DNA from: Candidatus Tayloriibacteriota bacterium
Lineage (GTDB): Bacteria; Patescibacteriota; Minisyncoccia; Phycocordibacterales; PALSA-1337
Assembly (NCBI GenBank): GCA_003170325.1
Contig: PMZP01000031.1
Span: forward strand, 1 to 30,632
Direction of reading: 5' to 3'
Length of the DNA: 30,632 nucleotides
Shown here: piece after piece, positions 24,312 to 30,632 of the stretch
Layout of the letters: each line of letters starts with the position of its first letter
Position numbering within the stretch: the first letter of the stretch is position 1
Notes under the pieces: generated by a model
Databases searched by the model: none
What the model was told of the DNA's origin: nothing
What the model saw: only the letters and a program-made list of their open reading frames with translations
Program-made: the position numbers and the translations under genes

Positions 24312-25883
24312 CTAATTCAGCTGCTGCCACGATATCACCTGATATTGCGTGGTCGCTTGCGGGAATGACGGCGGCGGCGCATAGAGCAGATTGGCGTCAT
24401 AGTTGATGTTCCGAATATCATAACCAGTACCGTCGCTATAGGCAAATCCGTATCTAATGGCTGTGGCTATCATGCCGAGCAGAGTCAGTGAGTTGCGTTG
24501 CGAATAGTCATTGCTTCCGACCGTGCAATTGCCATTGTAATAATATCTGCCGACACGCCCATTTTCGGCGACTAGGGCCGCGTCGATCTCGTAGGTATCG
24601 TCGCTGACCATCCCGGAATTGATGTTCCCTTGGGCGATGAGACCGATGACATCATTGCCGTTGGTGTTGGTGTATCTCAAATTGGTGTTGATGGTGATGT
24701 TCGAATAGTTGTCCGGATTGCTAGATCCGATGATACCGGCGGCGATAGTGATCCGCGCATTGCTCACCGTGCCGTCGACCCAGATGTCATCATCGACGAA
24801 GATGACGCCGTTTCCAGGAATTGGCCAGGAATGATCCGGATTCGGTCCGTTGACCGTAGTCTCATTGGAATTACCGGAATTATTGCTACCCGTCAGACCC
24901 TTGATTGACCAGGTGCCCCATTGCGTCTGGCTTTGAGCCGTGCCATCCTTGCCGCAATTGTTGGGAGTCGCCTGTAAAGCCGTCACCTTGTACATGAAAT
25001 AACTCGTGGCGTTGCCGTTTTGAGAATTCGGGGTTTCAAAGACTATGTGGTACCCCTGTGAATTGGAAGTCGTCCATTCCTTGCCGCCGTTCTCTGCCAA
25101 TAATTGCAACTGATTCAAGTTGGCCGCCAAGCCACCGAAAGGAAAAGATGGCACTGGAAATTGCCGGCCAGAAGTAAAGATACCTGGGCGGCTCGGCGCC
25201 GGCAATGACGTTTGGTTCCTCTCTGACGGACTGGCCGTGGTATACACGCCATAATCCGTCGACCCGTCATCCGGATCGGTATATGTTGACATCGCGCTGG
25301 ATACCAGATTATTTGCCAGGCCGTCGAAATGGATGCCGCCATTGGACTGGATCGGCCCGAAGACTGTCGTGCCCGCGCCAAAATTCATATTGTCGTTAGC
25401 AACCACGGCGAAACGCGCCAGAGAAGGTATGGCCAAAGTCTCCTGAACCGTCCGGCTCACCGTTCCCGAGGCTAGGGCACCGACGGAAACGATCTTCACT
25501 ATGGTTGAACCGACCGGTGGTGGCGTGATCGTCAGTGAATAGGTGCCGAGCAGATTGCCATCCCTATCGAAGAACTTGTGTACGTACGGTTGCGGCGTGG
25601 TCGTGCCGTCTTTGTAGTCGTTGGGACTTTGGGCCAGGTGCCATTGATAGTAGTCGACGCCGGCTTCAGCGATCTGGAAAGCCTGTTCGCGAGCCGCCAC
25701 ATTCCGGATGCTTCGGAGGAGCACGGCTCCCCAATTGACCAGACCGATGATCATAGTGATGGCGATAGCCGCGAAGACGAGGACGCTCACCAAGATATCG
25801 CCGGACGATCGCGCCGACTTTGATCGTACCGACCCAGACGATCTTGATTCAACCACGCCGATTTTGGGATGATTGGTTTTCAT
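24312..25883 (-). CDS. PilX-like minor pilin / pilus assembly protein with large C-terminal domain
   Basis: 523 aa; SSG|DILVSVLVF hydrophobic helix without Glu5, then AREQAFQIAEAGVDYY (PilX N-terminal pattern); ATGA overlap with the upstream gene. Confidence 0.8.
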   Translation of the reverse strand: MKTNHPKIGVVESRSSGSVRSKSARSSGDILVSVLVFAAIAITMIIGLVNWGAVLLRSIRNVAAREQAFQIAEAGVDYYQWHLAQSPNDYKDGTTTPQPYVHKFFDRDGNLLGTYSLTITPPPVGSTIVKIVSVGALASGTVSRTVQETLAIPSLARFAVVANDNMNFGAGTTVFGPIQSNGGIHFDGLANNLVSSAMSTYTDPDDGSTDYGVYTTASPSERNQTSLPAPSRPGIFTSGRQFPVPSFPFGGLAANLNQLQLLAENGGKEWTTSNSQGYHIVFETPNSQNGNATSYFMYKVTALQATPNNCGKDGTAQSQTQWGTWSIKGLTGSNNSGNSNETTVNGPNPDHSWPIPGNGVIFVDDDIWVDGTVSNARITIAAGIIGSSNPDNYSNITINTNLRYTNTNGNDVIGLIAQGNINSGMVSDDTYEIDAALVAENGRVGRYYYNGNCTVGSNDYSQRNSLTLLGMIATAIRYGFAYSDGTGYDIRNINYDANLLYAPPPSFPQATTQYQVISWQQLN

Positions 25884-26539
25884 AGGTTCGTCTTTAGATT
25901 GCGGAAGCTGGCTTGGATCGTGTAAGTGGTGGGAGCTGGAGAGTGAGTCGGGTCGAAGTCCAGAGTCACGTTAACTCTGACCAATCTGACCGCCGTGGTC
26001 GTGACCGGCTGGACTAGCGGCGTGGATGTCCCATTATAATTTGTATCGAAATACTGAAAAACCGGAGTACTCGTGCCGTTCACCACATTGGTGAATATGG
26101 TCGTAGTCGACTGGTTGGCCGAATTGTAGACGGCTGGCGATCCCGAAGGTTGTATGACGACCTGGTATATCGTCTTGCCGATGAGCGTGTAGCTCAACTC
26201 TTCGGCGGTGCCGTCATTATCCGGATCGCAAAAGAAAGTAATGGTCGTACTGCCGGCCAAAACCAGAGGATAAGCGCCGTTCGCCGCCGGCTCGACCTCC
26301 CGGAGCTCTTGGAGCATGGTCTTCAGGATGATTTGGGCGCTCTGGGCAGTCTGATAAGAACCGGAAACAGTACTCTGATAATTCAGGATATTCACGTAGA
26401 ATGTCGTCACCGCCACCATGACGACCACGAAGATCGCCATGGCTACCAGCAGTTCCGCGAACGTCATGCCTCGGCAGCTCGAATGATCACCGTTTGCTTT
26501 TATGCGCGAATATATTTGCGTGGGTCTGTACGTGATCAT
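25880..26539 (-). CDS. Prepilin-type (class III signal) minor pilin, PilW-like
   Basis: 219 aa; RG|MTFAELLVAMAIF with Glu at +5. Confidence 0.88.
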   Translation of the reverse strand: MITYRPTQIYSRIKANGDHSSCRGMTFAELLVAMAIFVVVMVAVTTFYVNILNYQSTVSGSYQTAQSAQIILKTMLQELREVEPAANGAYPLVLAGSTTITFFCDPDNDGTAEELSYTLIGKTIYQVVIQPSGSPAVYNSANQSTTTIFTNVVNGTSTPVFQYFDTNYNGTSTPLVQPVTTTAVRLVRVNVTLDFDPTHSPAPTTYTIQASFRNLKTNL

Positions 26540-26543
26540 TTGA

Positions 26544-28322
26544 TTATGGTCCCAGACTGATCGTCTGTTGTTGCCAACCGTTTACGATCGTCACCGAACC
26601 GGAGTACGAAGTATAGCCCATCTTGGAAACAGTCAAGGTGTAGCTTCCCGCAGATAGTCCCTGGAATATGGCTTGCCCGGGCGGAATGCAGTTGGAAGTA
26701 TAGGCGAAGGAGACATTGGAGACCATCGGGGTGACCGTGGCCGTATTGGTCGTCAGGTACGCCAAGTACCGGGCGAATTCATTGCCGTTGCTCAAAGAAT
26801 TTATGGCCGATCCCGGCACCGTAAAATAGGAGTTAGGCGTGCCATCTGGTCCGAGATATGTCCAAGTAGTCGAAGTGGAGGTCGGATTGGTGGCGAACTG
26901 GAATTTCACACTGCTCAAACCTGTGAGGACCGGTTGGCTCAAGGGCGTCCAGGAAAAAGTATAAAAATTGCTGGTCGTACCTGTATCGAAAGTCGAGGAC
27001 TCCAAGGTAGCCGTGGCCGCGGTATTATAAAGTCCGAAAGCTTGCTTCATCACGATGTTCCCCGTCGATGTGGACGTATCGACCAGTCCGTTGCTAGTAG
27101 AATATTGGTTAGCATTCCCGAACATCGCTTGTCCGCTTCCGCCCGACCAGTCTGTCTGTGCCAGATATCCCTGTCCGGTCACATAGCTCTGACTGTATCC
27201 TCCCCCGTTAGACAGAGTGATAGTCGCTCCGGAGATCGGTAGCTTGCTACCCCTGTCGGCCACCGATACCATCAGGCTGTTCGAACTTTTCGGGACGACC
27301 ACTAGTTGGACGTTCTGTGAATTGTTGGGATTCAGAGTAAAAGGACTATAAGGGTTTATGCCTTCCACATCGTATGCGCTGTCCGTCGGAGTCAAGGAGT
27401 ACGTATCCCATTCCATATTATTGAGATCGAGCTGCGCTCCAGCTCCGGTCGTGAAATTGGTCATCGGGTACTTGGTCACGCTAGGGCTGGTGCCGATGAG
27501 TTTGGCCCCGACCAAAGAGAAATGAACATTCGGCACCGCCGCGCATAGCGGCGTGACGCTCGTTACATGGAGGGAGCTCAACTGGTCGATGGCGAAACTA
27601 GTCGTCGTCACCTGCTGGCTCAGTACCGTGGCGTCGGTATTGACCGGCGTGGAAAGCCCCATACTGCCTTGACGCGAGGAGCTGGCCGTCGAGTATCCGG
27701 CCTTAGTCACCGTTATGCGATACATGTTCGTGCCGACTGGAACGCCGATGACATTCAGGATGCCCGTAACGTTGGTCACATCGGAGTCTCGAACGCTCGA
27801 GGTCGCCAAGCTCTGGATGGTCACACTGGCGTCTTCTACGGGCTGACCACTCCCGTTCAAGGCTTGCACGACCAAGGCACCGCCCAGAGAGGCCGATTGG
27901 AGGTTGGCCGGGGAGACTTGGCCGGTCAGCGTGACCGGCTGGAAATCCTTACAGTTCGGACAAGTGACATTGATCTCCACTAGCTTATCGCTGGCCTGTA
28001 ACGACGAACTGGCCAAATTGATGTTCCGGACAGTCAAACCGACCGTGAAGGTAACGCCGCCACGAGTCAATGTTTGCGTCTGCGGCAAGATCCCCAAGGG
28101 AATGCCATTGGAAAGCCCGACCGAAACATAGGGCATATTGCGGATGATCTCGAACTGCTCGTCGGCCAACTCGACCGCCAGAGTCCGCGACTGGGCGCCA
28201 TTCGCCAATTGCAGGAGGCTAGTAAAGGCGCTGTAAGCGGCGATGGCCACGATCAAAAAGATGGCCGTGCCGACTAGCACCTCTATGAGACTAAAACCTC
28301 TTTTTTCCGATTTACGATTCAT
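26544..28322 (-). CDS. Large prepilin-type minor pilin, PilV-like, with carboxypeptidase-regulatory-like beta-sandwich repeats
   Basis: 592 aa; KRG|FSLIEVLV with Glu at +5; repeated G.PV..ASVTI / YRITVTKAGY / YTLTVSKMGY patterns. Confidence 0.88.
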   Translation of the reverse strand: MNRKSEKRGFSLIEVLVGTAIFLIVAIAAYSAFTSLLQLANGAQSRTLAVELADEQFEIIRNMPYVSVGLSNGIPLGILPQTQTLTRGGVTFTVGLTVRNINLASSSLQASDKLVEINVTCPNCKDFQPVTLTGQVSPANLQSASLGGALVVQALNGSGQPVEDASVTIQSLATSSVRDSDVTNVTGILNVIGVPVGTNMYRITVTKAGYSTASSSRQGSMGLSTPVNTDATVLSQQVTTTSFAIDQLSSLHVTSVTPLCAAVPNVHFSLVGAKLIGTSPSVTKYPMTNFTTGAGAQLDLNNMEWDTYSLTPTDSAYDVEGINPYSPFTLNPNNSQNVQLVVVPKSSNSLMVSVADRGSKLPISGATITLSNGGGYSQSYVTGQGYLAQTDWSGGSGQAMFGNANQYSTSNGLVDTSTSTGNIVMKQAFGLYNTAATATLESSTFDTGTTSNFYTFSWTPLSQPVLTGLSSVKFQFATNPTSTSTTWTYLGPDGTPNSYFTVPGSAINSLSNGNEFARYLAYLTTNTATVTPMVSNVSFAYTSNCIPPGQAIFQGLSAGSYTLTVSKMGYTSYSGSVTIVNGWQQQTISLGP

Positions 28323-28379
28323 GATTCATGATTCAAGAAACGCGCCATTCTTAAATCTTAAATTGGGTTAAACTCTTGC

Positions 28380-29603
28380 CTAGATCGCATTGACCAGCGA
28401 ATACATCGGCTGGATCATGGAAACGGCGAAGAAGCCGACGGCCGCTCCGATCACGATGATGAGAACCGGTTCGATGATGGTGGACATGTCCTTGGTCCTC
28501 TGGTCGACATCCTCCTCGTAGTATTTGGCCACGCCCAGGAGCATCTCTCCCGTCTTCCCCGTCTCTTCGCCGACGCTCATCATTTCCGCGAAGAAGACCG
28601 GGTAGAGCTTGCTGCCCTCTTCGGCGAAGATCTTGGACATGAGATCGCCTTTCTTGATGGCTTCAGCTGCCCGATTGAGCACGGCCCGAAAATGGACGTT
28701 TTGTACGACCATAGCGGTGATGGAGACGGACTCGACCACGTCAACTCCGGAGCCGAGGAGCGACGAAAGCGTGCGGGCGGTGCGAGCGGTATTGACCTCT
28801 TGGACCAATCCACCGATCAGAGGGATCTTCATGATAGTCGCGTGGAAAAAGCTCTTGCCGGAAGGCTTGCGCGACCACCAGAAGAGCGAGCCACCGACCA
28901 ATATGATCGCTATCGCCAAAAGAAGCCCGTCATTCCTTATAAGATCGCTCACACCGAGTACGACTCTGGTTGCGAATGGCAACTCGACCTTGAGATCGGT
29001 GAAAGTCTTCATCAATGTCGGAACGACGAATATGAACATGAGGATGGCGATGAGGATCATGGCCGTGAAGATGACCGCCGGATACATCATGGCCCCGCGG
29101 ATACGCCGTTCCAAGGCGAAGCTCGAGTCCATCTGCGTAGCCACGACCTTGAGCGATTCGGCCAGAGTTCCGGATTGCTCGCCGGCATGGACCATGGAGA
29201 CAAATATCGGTGGAAATACTTTCGGATGCTTGCCCAGGGCATCGGCGAAGGTCGTCCCTTTGTCGATCTCGCTCATGACCTCACCGACGATCTGTTTCAT
29301 CTTTTTGTTGCGCGATTGGCGCTCTAGCACGGAAAGAGCCCGAGACAGAGCCAGTCCGGCCTCTAGCATCGAGCCGAGGTTTCGCGCAAAATTGATCTTC
29401 TCGACGGCTTTGACATGGTCCGTCAGAAAACCGAGCGAGACATTCATATGGATGCCACTCAAGCCGGATCGTTCTTTGAATTCCACGATCTCATCCCCGC
29501 TCTCCCGGAGCATGCGGTATAGCTCGTAGCGATCACCGGCTTCCTTTTCGCCGGAATATATCTCGCCATTGGGTTTCTTTGCTTTGAAGGTAAAATGAGA
29601 CAT
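28380..29603 (-). CDS. pilC: Type IV pilus platform protein PilC / GspF family
   Basis: 407 aa; AGEQSGTL, GAMMYP, MSVGEETG, IEPVLI, MIQPMY. Confidence 0.95.
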   Translation of the reverse strand: MSHFTFKAKKPNGEIYSGEKEAGDRYELYRMLRESGDEIVEFKERSGLSGIHMNVSLGFLTDHVKAVEKINFARNLGSMLEAGLALSRALSVLERQSRNKKMKQIVGEVMSEIDKGTTFADALGKHPKVFPPIFVSMVHAGEQSGTLAESLKVVATQMDSSFALERRIRGAMMYPAVIFTAMILIAILMFIFVVPTLMKTFTDLKVELPFATRVVLGVSDLIRNDGLLLAIAIILVGGSLFWWSRKPSGKSFFHATIMKIPLIGGLVQEVNTARTARTLSSLLGSGVDVVESVSITAMVVQNVHFRAVLNRAAEAIKKGDLMSKIFAEEGSKLYPVFFAEMMSVGEETGKTGEMLLGVAKYYEEDVDQRTKDMSTIIEPVLIIVIGAAVGFFAVSMIQPMYSLVNAI

Positions 29604-29633
29604 GTTTTATAAATTTTTCATATAAATTACCAA

Positions 29634-30632
29634 CTACTCCGAAACCACCCTTAGCACTTCTTCGATCGTGGTCAATCCTTGCACACACTTGAATATACCG
29701 TCTTCGATCATGGTCAGCATACCCTCTTTCTTGGCCTGCGCCTCGATCTCGGACGTGGTCGATGTCTTCATGATGAGATCCTTGAGCGAAGGCGTCATCT
29801 TCAGCACTTCATGGATGCCGACGCGGCTCTTGAAACCGTCGTCGTCGACGCCTTTGACCGGCTTCCAGAACGAGATCTTGTCCCAGTTATCGGTCGGTTT
29901 GACGACCTTTTCGTTCTTCAGGGCCTGGAGCACGTGATCGAGGTCCACCAGTTTTTGAAGTTCGCTGAATTCGCTGCGAGATAATTTATATTGTTCCTTG
30001 GAATCGGTCAGACGCCGGACCAGGCGCTGGCCGATGACGATATCCAGAGTGGAAACCAAGAGAAATGACTCGATCTTCATGTCGAGAAGCCTAGGCATGG
30101 CACCGGCAGCCGAATTGGTGTGCAGAGTCGAGAGGACCAAGTGTCCGGTCAAGGCGGCATTGACCGCCAAAGCAGCCGTTTCATCATCGCGGATCTCACC
30201 GACCATGATTATGTCAGGGTCCTGGCGCACCAGAGTGCGTATGCCTTGGGCGAATGAGAAGCCGATGTCCGGCCGGACTTGGGTCTGATTGATGCGAGCC
30301 ATCTGATATTCGATGGGGTCTTCGATGGTGGAAATATTCACATCCGGCTGATTGAGAATGTCGAGCATGGTATAGAGCGTAGTGGTCTTTCCCGAACCGG
30401 TCGGACCGGTGGTCAAGATCATGCCGGTAGTCTGCTTCAAGGCTTGGTGAATGAGTTCCAAGCTCTCGCCATGGAAGCACAGATATTCTAGCGTGAATCC
30501 GGTAATACCCTCGCGGAGTAGGCGCATGACGGTCTTTTCGCCGTAATACGTAGGCAAAATGGAGACGCGGAACGAGACCTTTTCGCTGTTCATGTCCACT
30601 TTAAAACGGCCATCCTGCGGCAGGCGCTTCTC
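29634..30632 (-). CDS. pilB: Type IV pilus assembly ATPase PilB / GspE family (partial, runs off the window edge)
   Basis: Frame stays open to the edge (EKRLPQDGRF...); GPTGSGKTTTLY, TIEDPIEY, RQDPDIIMVGEIRD, LSTLHTNSA. Confidence 0.95.
   Translation of the reverse strand, partial: EKRLPQDGRFKVDMNSEKVSFRVSILPTYYGEKTVMRLLREGITGFTLEYLCFHGESLELIHQALKQTTGMILTTGPTGSGKTTTLYTMLDILNQPDVNISTIEDPIEYQMARINQTQVRPDIGFSFAQGIRTLVRQDPDIIMVGEIRDDETAALAVNAALTGHLVLSTLHTNSAAGAMPRLLDMKIESFLLVSTLDIVIGQRLVRRLTDSKEQYKLSRSEFSELQKLVDLDHVLQALKNEKVVKPTDNWDKISFWKPVKGVDDDGFKSRVGIHEVLKMTPSLKDLIMKTSTTSEIEAQAKKEGMLTMIEDGIFKCVQGLTTIEEVLRVVSE

Noticed and set aside
28609-29529. Long antisense ORFs (28609-29529, 23453-24196, 13149-13811, 19259-19897, 1900-2490, 18684-19229 and similar)
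   Set aside because: They overlap well-supported genes on the opposite strand, have no recognisable motifs, and are expected in GC-rich coding DNA.
1-30632. UGA recoding (genetic code 25)
   Set aside because: Conserved genes are full length under code 11, and several (comEC, rnhA, PilW-like) end at TGA at the expected positions.

Overview
A 30.6-kb bacterial chromosomal window in the standard genetic code. Gene content and protein variants suggest a Patescibacteria/CPR (Parcubacteria-like) genome; this is inferred, not proven. Conserved genes: str operon (rpsL-rpsG-[four-helix-bundle gene]-fusA, no tuf next to fusA), rpmB, Fe/Mn SOD, rnhA, recJ, a HIT protein, tpiA-pgk, a site-2 protease, a split ComEC (membrane half plus a degenerate metallo-beta-lactamase half) and a type IV pilus locus (partial pilB, pilC, three minor pilins). 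Accessory genes: a STAND-like ATPase, a 1718-aa secreted S8 protease with FG-GAP repeats, a lysozyme-like membrane-anchored protein, a PBECR-like nuclease-fold gene and several orphan genes with their own promoters and terminators. Two signals stand out. (1) An 85-bp element of seven 11-bp phased repeats occurs twice (79/85 identical), at exactly the same distance from a -10 box and start codon of each comEC half: a candidate undescribed competence-regulon operator. (2) 7-bp-periodic AT-rich arrays bracket the four-helix-bundle gene as inverted arms and recur as in-frame inserts in rnhA, recJ and pgk and in a pil intergenic gap: candidate footprints of a small mobile element. No rRNA, intact tRNA or CRISPR array was seen.
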